From contig JBDGPI010000068.1 in assembly GCA_042219765.1 (NCBI GenBank), forward strand, positions 10,164 to 49,811: a stretch of 39,648 nt of DNA, written 5' to 3'. Shown in pieces: positions 26,952 to 36,485 of this stretch. The translations under genes and the position numbers were made by a program. How positions within the stretch are numbered: the stretch's first letter is position 1; every line of letters starts with the position of its first letter. A model generated the notes under the pieces. That model was not told the origin of the DNA. It did not search any database and worked only from the letters and a program-made list of their open reading frames with translations. The DNA comes from a bacterium. GTDB lineage: Bacteria; T1Sed10-126; CAZEBV01.

Positions 26952-29071
26952 CATTACTTTCGGATCCGGGTACTCCTTTGAGTCGTAAATTCCGCCGATA
27001 TTTTGTTCTTACCGTAATCTGCCTAAGCGTAATTGTGCTCACCGCAGGGAGTCAGGCTTACCGTCTTGAATTTCTTTACCGTTCCGAAGCCTATACGATG
27101 GATCTTCGGTCTCGGTTAGGACGGACCACGCCGGTTGACGGGAGACTTGTCTATTTGGCAATTGATCGTCCGTCTTACTGGGCGGATATTGGCGAGCGGA
27201 TTGACCGGAATGAAGTGGACGACCATCCCGCTCTCGGGAAGATGATGCAGAATTTTCCCTGGAACCGGTCCGTCTGGAGTGACGTTATTGAGCGAGTGGT
27301 TGGTGAGGGTGGGGCTGAGGTCCTGGTTCTGGATCTGCTTCTTGAAAATGAGGCCCCGGGCGATACTCGACTCCGGGAAACGTTGTCCGATTATTCCGAC
27401 AGCGTCGTGATCGGTGGGCGCATGGACTACCAGGAGTTTAACGGCACCAGGGTTGAATCACTCATAACACCGAGTTCAAGTCTTTTCGAAAATCCGACCG
27501 AAGAAGCACTCTCCGAGAGTGGACAGGTGGGTCACGTGAACCTCTGGGCCTGGCCCTGGAGTGGTAAGTACCGAACGATTGAATACCGTTTGCCAGTCAG
27601 GGGTGAGACCTTTGAATCTATTTCGGCCAGGGCCGTACGCTTTACTGGTCGTGAAGAACTCATACCGGCCGGTCAAAGTGATCGCCTCATTCGGTTCTCC
27701 GGACCACCGGGAAGCTATCGTCCCTATCCAATTTATCAGATTTTTATTGATGATATCTGGAACGATTTTTTTAAATCGACGGAGTTTTTCGAGGATAAAA
27801 TTGTCCTGGTCGGTCCGTCGGGCAACTGGCAACAGGACTACCACCCGACCCCGATGGCCGATCGGGAAATGGCAGGTCCTGAAATCCACCTGAATGCAAT
27901 AGCCGCCCTGCTCCACCAGGAGTTCCTTCAGCTCACACCGGCAGTCTGGACCTATAGCCTGATTGTGGTCTTTGGGCTGATGTCACTGCTGGGCGTTCTG
28001 ACGGGCTCGGTTTTCATCCGGCTAATGCTGCTGGCCCTGCTAAATATTCTGTACGGTGCCGTAGCATTGAGCGTCTACAACTGGTATGGATTGTACCTTC
28101 CGGTCATTGCTCCGATCTTGAGTCTTAACGGGTCCGGCCTCGGGCTCTTCGGCTACGAGTACGTTGTGGAACAGCGGGAACGGAGGCGATTACGGAGTAC
28201 CCTCGATCGTTACATTTCCGAGGACGTTGCGGCTGAAATTCTAGAGAGCCGAAGTGATTTCTACGAGGCATTGGGAGGCAGACGAAAACCGGTTACGGTC
28301 CTCTTCGCCGATATCAGAGGGTTTACGACTCTTTCGGAGAAACGCAGTCCCGAACAGATGGTCTCCCAGTTAAACGAGTACCTGACGCCGATGGTCGAGT
28401 TGATTCAGGAATCACGGGGCCGGCTGGATAAGTTTATCGGGGATGAGATTATGGCCGTCTGGGGGGATCTCTTTGAAGACACCGAGCCGTCGACAGGCGC
28501 TAACAGAGCCGTGGAGACGGCCGTTTCCATGCGGAAGACCCTGGAAAACTTGAACGCTAACTGGAAACAGAGGGGGGATCCCGAGCTGTCCTTTGGAATT
28601 GGGATCAATCACGGGGAGGCTCTTTTTGGTAACCTGGGTTCCGAACAGAGGATGGAGTTGACCGTAATTGGTGATGCGGTGAACCTGGCGGCTCGCCTTC
28701 AGGGTACCACAAAGCGATACGGGATTGATCTCGCGGTTTCCGAAACTGTGAAGGAACTGACGGAGGGAACCTTTATTTATCGGACCGTTGATCTGGTAAC
28801 GGTCAAAGGTAAAACGGAGCCAACGGAATTGTTCACGGTACTCGACCGGCGGTCCGATCAGTCCGAACCGGACTGGCTTGACCCTTACGAGGAGGGTGTG
28901 GGGTATTATCGTGACGGAGCGTTTGAGGACGCGCTCGGGGCGTTCGAGCGGAGCAGGGAAATCGGAGGGATCGACAACCTGCTGGAGTTGTACATCGAAC
29001 GGTGCCAGGACCGTCTTGAAAATCCCCCGGATTCGAACTGGAGCCCGGTGGTTAGTCTCTCAAGTAAATAA
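26948..29071 (+). CDS. CHASE2 sensor-domain adenylate cyclase (class III, IIIb-like) with a TPR-like C-terminal tail
   Basis: An N-terminal TM and a ~300-aa periplasmic CHASE2-like region are followed by three TM helices. The catalytic domain carries 'VTVLFADIRGFT', 'KFIGDEIMAVWG' and 'TVIGDAVNLAARL'. Confidence 0.9.
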   Translation: MTLLSDPGTPLSRKFRRYFVLTVICLSVIVLTAGSQAYRLEFLYRSEAYTMDLRSRLGRTTPVDGRLVYLAIDRPSYWADIGERIDRNEVDDHPALGKMMQNFPWNRSVWSDVIERVVGEGGAEVLVLDLLLENEAPGDTRLRETLSDYSDSVVIGGRMDYQEFNGTRVESLITPSSSLFENPTEEALSESGQVGHVNLWAWPWSGKYRTIEYRLPVRGETFESISARAVRFTGREELIPAGQSDRLIRFSGPPGSYRPYPIYQIFIDDIWNDFFKSTEFFEDKIVLVGPSGNWQQDYHPTPMADREMAGPEIHLNAIAALLHQEFLQLTPAVWTYSLIVVFGLMSLLGVLTGSVFIRLMLLALLNILYGAVALSVYNWYGLYLPVIAPILSLNGSGLGLFGYEYVVEQRERRRLRSTLDRYISEDVAAEILESRSDFYEALGGRRKPVTVLFADIRGFTTLSEKRSPEQMVSQLNEYLTPMVELIQESRGRLDKFIGDEIMAVWGDLFEDTEPSTGANRAVETAVSMRKTLENLNANWKQRGDPELSFGIGINHGEALFGNLGSEQRMELTVIGDAVNLAARLQGTTKRYGIDLAVSETVKELTEGTFIYRTVDLVTVKGKTEPTELFTVLDRRSDQSEPDWLDPYEEGVGYYRDGAFEDALGAFERSREIGGIDNLLELYIERCQDRLENPPDSNWSPVVSLSSK

Positions 29072-29075
29072 AGCG

Positions 29076-29101
29076 TTGATCAAAAGCCTGTTTTCGATCA
29101 A
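29076..29101. terminator. AT-rich imperfect hairpin between convergent genes (possible terminator)
   Basis: ttgatcaaaa-gcctg-ttttcgatcaa has one bulged C. It lies between the cyclase stop (29071) and the minus-strand stop (29144). Confidence 0.3.
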
Positions 29102-29143
29102 GAGTTACAATCAGGTTTACTAACGACTGTAGCCCTGCAGGAT

Positions 29144-30409
29144 TCAGTTCGAACCATCCGAGCTAACCTCAAATGATACACCGCGTTCGTTCAGACGGTC
29201 CTTCAGGGGGAGTCCAATCCCCGAAGCCGGTGTGAGAATCCCACCCTCATGGGACGTGTCCGTGTCGTCGAGGGCAAGACAGACGGCCGATTCCCCGAGC
29301 ATTCTTGACGTTGCTCCGTATCCGGGGTCCCAGTTGGCGTTCACGCGGCCCTCGACCTGAAACTCCTCACCCGAGGCCGTTCCTTTTCCGAGGAGCCGGA
29401 CCTCGAACCAGCTGTTTTCAATGGTGTCACGGCTGGGTCCCTCACCGGACTCCGGTAAAACATACCGGCGCAAGAACGTTCGAAGCGGCGACAGGGACAT
29501 TGTGATTCCCCATGTGGCAAGAAGGGCCGAAATGCCGGTGGCTTTGATTGGACCCATCAAGTTCGATCCAGTCGGCATGCTCTCGGAGTAGCGAAAGTCC
29601 TGTCCCCAGGAATAATCCAGAAGGGCATTGCTCCGTCGTACGATTTTTTCGTTGGCAATTGCCATGAGGAAGGGCGCCGTCCACTGATCGAGGTCGTCGT
29701 CGTAGCGCGGGGATTTCTGCATGGAACCGTCCGGACCGTCACGCTCTCCCTCAGGGTTGAGTGAGTAGGGGGCTTCGAGGACTTTTCTGACATCGGCATC
29801 ACTGGACGCTTCCTTGAAGGTTTCCGCCATGCTTGCCAGTGTACCACCGCTCAGACTGAACGAACTACTTTTTGTAAAGGCCTTAATTTCGGAGCAGGGT
29901 GACCCATAGTTAGACCGGGCGTGGTCTTGAACCATCAGGGTGCCAATGTCACTTGGAACGGAGTCGAAACCACAGGCATGCACGATGCGTGCACCGTTCT
30001 CCCGGGCTTTTGAGTGAAACCGATCAATCATTCGCCGGATCCACTGAAGTTCACCGGTTAAGTCGCAGTAATCCGTCCCGTTTTCCACGCAGGCTTCGAC
30101 GAGGTCAGTACCGTAAACCGAGTACGGTCCGACCGTGGAGCAGACGACGCTGGTTCTTCCGGAAAGGTCATTAAGGCTCCCCCGATCAAAGGCGTCACCG
30201 ATAACAATGGGAAGTGACTCCCATCCGCCGGTGTTCTGTACCAGTCGCTGTTCGAGCTGCTCGAGTTTCTCCCGGTTTCGTCCGGCCAGGGCCAGCTCGA
30301 GGTCGGACGATTCGTAAGTGCTGGTAAGGTATTCGGCCGTTAGCTGGCCGGTGAATCCGGTGGCTCCCCAGAGGATGATGTCGAAGTCTCTATTGGCTTC
30401 CGGTGGGAT
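29144..30409 (-). CDS. Saccharopine dehydrogenase-like NAD(P)-binding family protein (trans-acting enoyl reductase-like), probable non-canonical ATC start
   Basis: The ORF-track start (GTG 30088) lies inside the conserved 'ACVENGTDYCDLTGE'. The same frame stays open upstream to the TAA at 30451-30449 and encodes the Rossmann motif 'FDIILWGATGFTGQLTAEYL'. AAGGAGG at 30422-30416 lies 6 nt before the ATC at 30409. Confidence 0.8.
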   Translation of the reverse strand: MPPEANRDFDIILWGATGFTGQLTAEYLTSTYESSDLELALAGRNREKLEQLEQRLVQNTGGWESLPIVIGDAFDRGSLNDLSGRTSVVCSTVGPYSVYGTDLVEACVENGTDYCDLTGELQWIRRMIDRFHSKARENGARIVHACGFDSVPSDIGTLMVQDHARSNYGSPCSEIKAFTKSSSFSLSGGTLASMAETFKEASSDADVRKVLEAPYSLNPEGERDGPDGSMQKSPRYDDDLDQWTAPFLMAIANEKIVRRSNALLDYSWGQDFRYSESMPTGSNLMGPIKATGISALLATWGITMSLSPLRTFLRRYVLPESGEGPSRDTIENSWFEVRLLGKGTASGEEFQVEGRVNANWDPGYGATSRMLGESAVCLALDDTDTSHEGGILTPASGIGLPLKDRLNERGVSFEVSSDGSN

Positions 30410-30415
30410 ACTAAC

Positions 30416-30422
30416 CCTCCTT
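30416..30422 (-). promoter_or_regulatory. Shine-Dalgarno AAGGAGG serving the ATC-initiated gene
   Basis: The minus strand reads ...cacaAAGGAGGgttagtATCccaccg... Confidence 0.6.
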
Positions 30423-30695
30423 TGTGGTGGTTGACAGTGAGTTTTTGATTAAAGCCTGAAAGTCTTCAAGTCACGTTGGAACAACAGTGGTGTCGGACGG
30501 TGTCCGCCAAGTTCCGGTAAATCGTCTGTTGTTGATTCAAGTATAAGCCTAAATACCCCGTCGTAAAACAACTGGATGAGGATCCGGTATTCCGATTTAA
30601 AAAAAGCAGGTTGAGTTTGGAGGAGCTCCGGTAAGTGGAAAGAATTTTAGCTTTAACGGACCGTGCAGGACACGGTGATCGTTTGGAGGTTGAGG

Positions 30696-31460
30696 TTAAT
30701 CCTTGCTGGACTGAGTATCGTCCATGAGTGTTCTCAGCAGGTGTTCGATGGCGTCCCCGCCGACGTGTTCCAGAATGATGCCTCCGTGTTGCGCAACGAG
30801 GTCTTTGAGTTTGGGTTCGGCGTTGGCCACGGCGGCTTTTTTGTAATCGTAATCCCCGTCCAGCATGTTGGCGTCGTTCATGCCGTCGCCGACACAAAAT
30901 ATCTCCGATTCCTGCCAGTTTCTGGTTTCGGACAGGTGCTTCAGACAGTTTCCCTTGCCCGTTTGGGCGGGGACCACGATCAGGAATTCGTGGTTTCTAA
31001 GGACCTTGAACCCTTCCGCAATCACGTCCGAAAGGTAGTGAAATGCCGTTTCGGCGTCCGAGGGGGATTCAAACATCGCGTAACCGTCCTTAAGGTCGAC
31101 ATCCATTCCTTTCTTCTCCACCCAGTCCCGGAGCTTCGGGATCCATTTGTCGGCGTAACGGTCCTGTTTTTCGAGGAGGTCCTCAATTTTACGGTTCCAT
31201 TCGTCCAGCTCCGGATGGTTTCGTGAGGTCCCGGGGTGAATGTACCGTGAACGGGTTATGTAATAGTTCGGTCTTAGACGTAACTCGTCCATTACGTCTT
31301 CCAGGTGGGAGCGGTCTCGGCCCGTGGCTATGACCCATTTGTTACCGCGCTCCATCCACTCCTCGAGAAGATCCGGCAAGGCGTCGGGGATGTCTTTGGT
31401 TTCCGGATGCAGAAGGGTATGATCGAGATCAGTCACGAAAACTTCTATTGCGTCGGACAT
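30696..31460 (-). CDS. HAD-superfamily hydrolase, subfamily IIB (Cof/sugar-phosphatase-like)
   Basis: It has motif I 'FVTDLDHTLL', 'ATGR', and motif IV 'GDGMNDANML'. I prefer the ATG at 31460 (AAGGTGA 9 nt upstream) over the GTG at 31469. Confidence 0.85.
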   Translation of the reverse strand: MSDAIEVFVTDLDHTLLHPETKDIPDALPDLLEEWMERGNKWVIATGRDRSHLEDVMDELRLRPNYYITRSRYIHPGTSRNHPELDEWNRKIEDLLEKQDRYADKWIPKLRDWVEKKGMDVDLKDGYAMFESPSDAETAFHYLSDVIAEGFKVLRNHEFLIVVPAQTGKGNCLKHLSETRNWQESEIFCVGDGMNDANMLDGDYDYKKAAVANAEPKLKDLVAQHGGIILEHVGGDAIEHLLRTLMDDTQSSKD

Positions 31461-31530
31461 TGCTTCCACTCACCTTCAGCTCATTCTTTTGCTTATAATT
31501 AGGTCATAAGGATATCAGATTATCGACTTT

Positions 31531-31558
31531 TTGACCTATTCCCTGTTGTTTTTACATT
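31531..31558 (+). promoter_or_regulatory. Candidate sigma70-like promoter (TTGACC-N16-TACATT) upstream of the DUF3833 gene
   Basis: The hexamers sit at 31531-31536 and 31553-31558. The host's consensus is unknown. Confidence 0.25.
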
Positions 31559-31720
31559 ACGAGCCAATGTGAAATCTCCTGAGGGTAAGATGGTTATTTT
31601 GTAGAGCCGGTAACCAGGGTGGAACTGGAGAGCTTAATTGGCCTTAGTGAAACGCACGATCGTTGAATGGTGATTCATCGTAGACTGGCCGAATGATCTT
31701 CATCAAAGACTTAAAGACTG

Positions 31721-32275
31721 ATGGAACAGGGGATGGTTTTGCTGAAAAAATCAGCTTTAGTTTTACTGGTTTTTACAGTTCTGGTAACGGCAGGTTGTGC
31801 CGGCAGGGACGTTGGGCCCCGACCGGCGGGACCGTCCCGACTCCAACCGGAGAACTTTTTCGACGGCCGGGTCACCGGCTGGGGCTTCTCGGAAACTCGT
31901 TTCGGTGGTGTCGATCGCTGGTTTCAGGTCGACTTTCGGGGTCGGACGGAAGGCGATACGTCCATCTGGCACGAGACGCTGAGATTTTCTGACGGGGAGG
32001 TCGAGGAACGGACCTGGAGGGTTGTCTCCGTTGGTGAGCGGCGGTACGACGTCGATGCGACCGGAATGGTCGGCACGGGCAGCGGTCTTTCTCACGGTAA
32101 CGCAGTCCAGTGGAATTACTATCTGAAACGGTCCTACGGTTGCTGTGAATGGACCTTCTGGGTTGATGATTGGATGTACAAAACGGACGACAATACCCTT
32201 ATTGTGCGGGCAAATTTCTCCTGGTTCGGAATGACGGTAGGACAGGGATACATGTTCCTCAGGAAAGTCGAGTAA
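31721..32275 (+). CDS. DUF3833-family lipoprotein
   Basis: The lipobox is 'LVTAGC'. 'FFDGRVTGWGF', 'GNAVQWNYYL' and 'VDDWMYKTDDNTLI' match my recollection of the DUF3833 pattern. Confidence 0.7.
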   Translation: MEQGMVLLKKSALVLLVFTVLVTAGCAGRDVGPRPAGPSRLQPENFFDGRVTGWGFSETRFGGVDRWFQVDFRGRTEGDTSIWHETLRFSDGEVEERTWRVVSVGERRYDVDATGMVGTGSGLSHGNAVQWNYYLKRSYGCCEWTFWVDDWMYKTDDNTLIVRANFSWFGMTVGQGYMFLRKVE

Positions 32276-32363
32276 GTGGTCTGTCCGGTCGGTATCGGTT
32301 AAACGGGAATCACTGGCACGAGGTTCTCAAAGGGGGTTGCCAAAAAACGGTCGTGAAAGGGAT

Positions 32364-33140
32364 TTATTCGTTACTTGATTCCGATGCCGTCGTTGGATGG
32401 TTTGTTTCCGATGGTTGTCGGGAGCGTTTTAACTTTACCTCGATTATTTTCTTGAGCTGGTCGAAGGAATAAACCCCCTGAAACTTCTCCCCACCAATAA
32501 AGAGAGTCGGCGTAGCGGAAACGTCTTTCTCGACTCCGTTCTGTTTTTCGTTCAGGATTTTCTTTCGGTACCGCTGGTCCCTGAGACAATTTAGAAATTG
32601 ATTTGGATTTTCCAGATCCAGTACCTCGAGAAATTCCGGTATGGACTTCGGTCCACCCCGGGCAAAATGAAAGTGCTTGAACCGGAAGAATTCCCCCTGT
32701 TCGGCGGCACATTCGGAAACAATGGCAAGCTTCAGAGCATGCTTGTGGGATCTGAGGGGAAAATGCTTGATTCGGTAGTAAACCGTTCCGGTTTTCACGT
32801 AGTTCCTCAACAGGTCGGGGAGGGTATTTAAATTAAATTTCCGGCAGTAGGGACACTGGAAATCGACGTATTCGGTAATTGTTAGTGGTGCGGTTGAGTC
32901 ACCGAGTGATTTCTTGTCCGGATTCTTGGTTAAATCGCCGTAGAGGTCCTCGTAGGAAGCTGCGATCCGGGAATCCGATTGAGTGTTGTCGCTGGTGGAC
33001 GATGACTGAGCGGAGGCCGCCGGTACCAAACCACTTGAGGACGAGGACGGTTCAAGGATGGATTGGTGGCTGATGAAAAGGACCGCCATAACACCAATTA
33101 ATCCTGTGATCAGTGGTAAGCGTAAATACGGTCGTTTCAT
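32364..33140 (-). CDS. DsbA-family thiol:disulfide oxidoreductase (thioredoxin fold)
   Basis: It has an N-terminal TM/signal anchor, a Ser-rich linker, and the CxxC active site 'DFQCPYCRKF'. GGAGG lies 9 nt upstream of the ATG. Confidence 0.85.
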   Translation of the reverse strand: MKRPYLRLPLITGLIGVMAVLFISHQSILEPSSSSSGLVPAASAQSSSTSDNTQSDSRIAASYEDLYGDLTKNPDKKSLGDSTAPLTITEYVDFQCPYCRKFNLNTLPDLLRNYVKTGTVYYRIKHFPLRSHKHALKLAIVSECAAEQGEFFRFKHFHFARGGPKSIPEFLEVLDLENPNQFLNCLRDQRYRKKILNEKQNGVEKDVSATPTLFIGGEKFQGVYSFDQLKKIIEVKLKRSRQPSETNHPTTASESSNE

Positions 33141-33564
33141 AGCGCTTGACCTCCGGCCGCATCAGCCTATTTAAGTGCGGTTCAGGGGATATCCGTTCTG
33201 GCTTGAACTATCTAAAACAGTAGGAATCATAACCGTCCACGTTAATTATACGTAAAACTTGCCAGTTACGATTTACTTTCTCAAGAGGAAGTCGTTCGAT
33301 TAATGAGTTCGGTGGTCCCTCGTAATCATCGTCGGTAAATAGTACCGACTACAATCAGAAAAGGTTGTCCGTGGGGTGTCCGGTAACGAGGTTCCCCTTT
33401 ATTAGCTTGAAATCTTGGGATTTATGATTCAGGCTTATGGTCCTTTAATTCATGGATTCGTCGTTGGATCGATCGAGTTGTCAACCTATTTAATTTAGAA
33501 TTGGAGTTACGCAGGAATTAGGTTTCTCACTTAATTACGTTATTTTCCCTCCGGAGGTCAATCA

Positions 33565-34695
33565 ATGAGTGACAGTGAGTTGAACCCTGGTTTAGAAGGT
33601 ATTACCGTAGCGGAAACACGGTTGAGTCATATTGATGGTGAAAAAGGAGAATTGATAATTGGAGGCTTTCCCCTCGAGGAACTTGCCTCAAACGCAACCT
33701 ACGAAGAAAGTGTCTTCCTGTTACAGAACGATCGCCTGCCGACGGCCGACGAATTGGAATCGTTCCGGAGTGAACTTGCCGGGTACCGGCAAGTGGAACC
33801 CGAGGTTCTTTCGGTTGTTAAGCGGGCCGCCGACGAGGACAAACCGGCCATGGACGCTTTGCGCATGGGAGCTGCCGCCGCCAACCTGGGGGTAGAATCC
33901 GGTGACGCCCAAGCGGATGCACTGAGAGTAATTGCCGTCTTCCCGACTATTGTCGCCGCTTACTGGCGCAGTCGAAACGGTGAGGAACCCCTCGAGCCGA
34001 GGGAGGATCTGGGTCATGCGGCGAACTACCTTTACATGTTAACCGGTGACGAGCCCGAGGATCGTGAAATACGGGGCCTGGAAACCTACCTCAATACCGT
34101 TATTGATCACGGCCTCAATGCCTCCACTTTTACGGCCCGAACAGTGGTGTCCAGTGAATCCGACGTGATTTCGGCCGCCACGGCTGCGGTGGGATCCCTG
34201 AAAGGACCCCTGCATGGTGGAGCCCCGGGTCCCGTTCTCGAAATGCTTCGGGACGTCCACGAACACGGCGATCCGGAGGGCTACGTCAGGGATTTACTGG
34301 AGGCCGGTGAACGGTTGATGGGCTTCGGTCATCGTGTCTACCGTGCCCGTGATCCGCGTGCCGCCGTACTGTCCTCGGCCGCCGATCGCTTTTACGAGGA
34401 CGAAGGAGCGGCCTTCTTCCAGACGGCGAAAGAATTTGAGGACGTAGCGGTCGAGATACTTGCCGAACACAAGCCGGACCGTAAATTGGAAACCAACGTG
34501 GAATTTTACACGGCGGTCCTGCTGCAGGGAGTTGGAATTCCTCAGGAACTGTTCACTGCTACCTTCGGGATTTCCAGGGTTGGCGGCTGGATGGCCCACT
34601 GTCTCGAGCAACTGGATAACAACAGGCTCGTTCGCCCCATTTCCCGTTACGTTGGCGAAACCGACCGGAGCTGGACGGAGCCCGAAGACCGCTAA
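33565..34695 (+). CDS. Citrate synthase (small ~375-aa type)
   Basis: Motifs are 'GLEGITVAET.LS.IDG', 'GPLHGGA' and 'MGFGHRVYRARDPRA'. GGAGG lies 7 nt upstream of the ATG. Confidence 0.95.
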   Translation: MSDSELNPGLEGITVAETRLSHIDGEKGELIIGGFPLEELASNATYEESVFLLQNDRLPTADELESFRSELAGYRQVEPEVLSVVKRAADEDKPAMDALRMGAAAANLGVESGDAQADALRVIAVFPTIVAAYWRSRNGEEPLEPREDLGHAANYLYMLTGDEPEDREIRGLETYLNTVIDHGLNASTFTARTVVSSESDVISAATAAVGSLKGPLHGGAPGPVLEMLRDVHEHGDPEGYVRDLLEAGERLMGFGHRVYRARDPRAAVLSSAADRFYEDEGAAFFQTAKEFEDVAVEILAEHKPDRKLETNVEFYTAVLLQGVGIPQELFTATFGISRVGGWMAHCLEQLDNNRLVRPISRYVGETDRSWTEPEDR

Positions 34696-35047
34696 GAATT
34701 GCCCGCTCCCTGAGCGTCTTAAGACTGTCGGATCTGGTGCTGGGATTTCTCTCGGTCCCTCAGTGCGTCAAAGTCTCACTGCCGGCTGACTGTTTTCGTT
34801 CCAGGGGGACTCACTATGGCTTCAGTTCAGACGTGGATTGCGGATGACTCCACCTTACCGCTGGAATCCGGCTGTAAAACTTCGGGACTCTCTGGGCACG
34901 TTCAGCCATTGATCTGGTGAATTGGTCCTTCAGGAGTCGAGACTTCCACGAAGCTAAAGTGAGATAGGACGCACGGATCCTCAGCCAGAGGAATTGAATC
35001 GGTGAATTACCGGCCCTTTGATTGTGTGAAGCGGTAGGACGGCTGAC

Positions 35048-35827
35048 CTAAAAATAAAGAAGGGCCCTGATATTTGGTCCCCGGTAATCCATGTCCAGGC
35101 TGTCTTCGTCGTGGCTTCCTTCAATATTAAAATCGTTGTAGCTCCCCATGATCCAGAGATCCTCAACCGGGTTGAATGCCACGCTGGCTTCTCCGTCTAT
35201 CATTCGCCAATCGTTACTGCCGAATGAAATATCCATCCACTGGTACCGACCGGCGATGAAGAACCCTGGATCGAAGTACTTCCGGAAGGAAAACCCCAGA
35301 ACGGGAAGTCCGCCGGTGAATTTGGAGCGAGCCGTTTTACTGGTGCTGCTGATCTCACCCTCGTAATCAATGATGCGAGCACCGGACGTAATATTGAAGA
35401 AATCGTCCCGTTTCTGCTGTGTCAACCGGTACTCGGAATCAATGTCAATGAACTGGACGTTGAGTTTGGAGTTTATGTCGGTGCCGTTCGAGAAAGTTTT
35501 GTTGCTGTAAGTTATGTTTCGGTCAAGGGTGCGGTTTCCGGTGAAGTTAAACCGGGACCAGCTAAAACGGAAACCCTGTTTTTGCCGGGATTGATATCGT
35601 AGTCCAAGCTCAAAGTCGAGTTCACTACTCAGCCCCATATCGGATTTAACATCAACGTCCGATCCACCGTTGGAACGAGTCGTTCCGGATAATGAATAGA
35701 CCTGCATGCCTCCCTGAAATTCCAGGTTAGCATTGACCGGCTGAAATTGTGCTCCAGCGGGGACCGTCAGTAGTCCCGTAAAAACTATTAATAATGCTGT
35801 TACTCCGAGTCGTCGAAATGCTTTCAT
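35048..35827 (-). CDS. Outer-membrane beta-barrel protein (hypothetical)
   Basis: The signal peptide is 'ALLIVFTGLLTVPAGAQ'. Alternating beta-strand patterns run through the mature part. The C-terminus is 'IRALLYF'. GAGGAGGG lies upstream of the ATG. Confidence 0.7.
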   Translation of the reverse strand: MKAFRRLGVTALLIVFTGLLTVPAGAQFQPVNANLEFQGGMQVYSLSGTTRSNGGSDVDVKSDMGLSSELDFELGLRYQSRQKQGFRFSWSRFNFTGNRTLDRNITYSNKTFSNGTDINSKLNVQFIDIDSEYRLTQQKRDDFFNITSGARIIDYEGEISSTSKTARSKFTGGLPVLGFSFRKYFDPGFFIAGRYQWMDISFGSNDWRMIDGEASVAFNPVEDLWIMGSYNDFNIEGSHDEDSLDMDYRGPNIRALLYF

Positions 35828-36084
35828 TCAAATCCCTCCTCAGGAAAATCCGTAATCTGGTCTCGCGGAAAAACAATCTTAAGGAAAAAAATACGAGGAT
35901 AATAGTCTCTTACCGTGTCTATGATAGAAGTGGTCGAAGCGTGTACCAAACTATAGTTCAGATTGTCCTTTACGCCGTTACAATGGAATGAAGATGGGGT
36001 GGGATCAGATCATTTCTGGCACGTGCCCGGAACCGATCCGGAGTTCATTGTGTTCCGGGCAGTGCAGGGTTCGGCCAGGGGGAC

Positions 36085-36267
36085 TCAGGATCGACTTCGA
36101 ATCTGGTCTGTAATCGTGTCATCCCAGCGCTGGAACCGGATTGTGTCCGTTATGGACTGACGTTGACTACCAGGGAAATGTTGAACCCTCGCGTTGTCCG
36201 AGCTGTTTGAGGGTTGATCCTCGTTTGAAGTGGGGGTTGTCCCGGAAAAAACGTCCGTATTCTTCAT
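36085..36267 (-). CDS. Small hydrophilic hypothetical protein (60 aa)
   Basis: The ATG lies 8 nt downstream of AAGGAGG. No family was recognised. It overlaps a plus-strand ORF of similar size, so coding status is uncertain. Confidence 0.3.
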   Translation of the reverse strand: MKNTDVFSGTTPTSNEDQPSNSSDNARVQHFPGSQRQSITDTIRFQRWDDTITDQIRSRS

Positions 36268-36485
36268 TCTGACCGCCTCCTTGCGGATATGGAACTTGAG
36301 CTGTTCATTCTTTCTCTACTTACCAATATCGGAGGCGAATGAGGGAGGGTTAACGTGAGAGTTTTCACAGTTTGTCCGTGGCTTTATGGTCTGAGTAAAG
36401 AAACACGTCACCGGATTGAAAGTGACTCCTTGGGCCAAATAGTCTTTTCCGTTACAAGAACGGTACGACTATGAGTTGATTGGCT

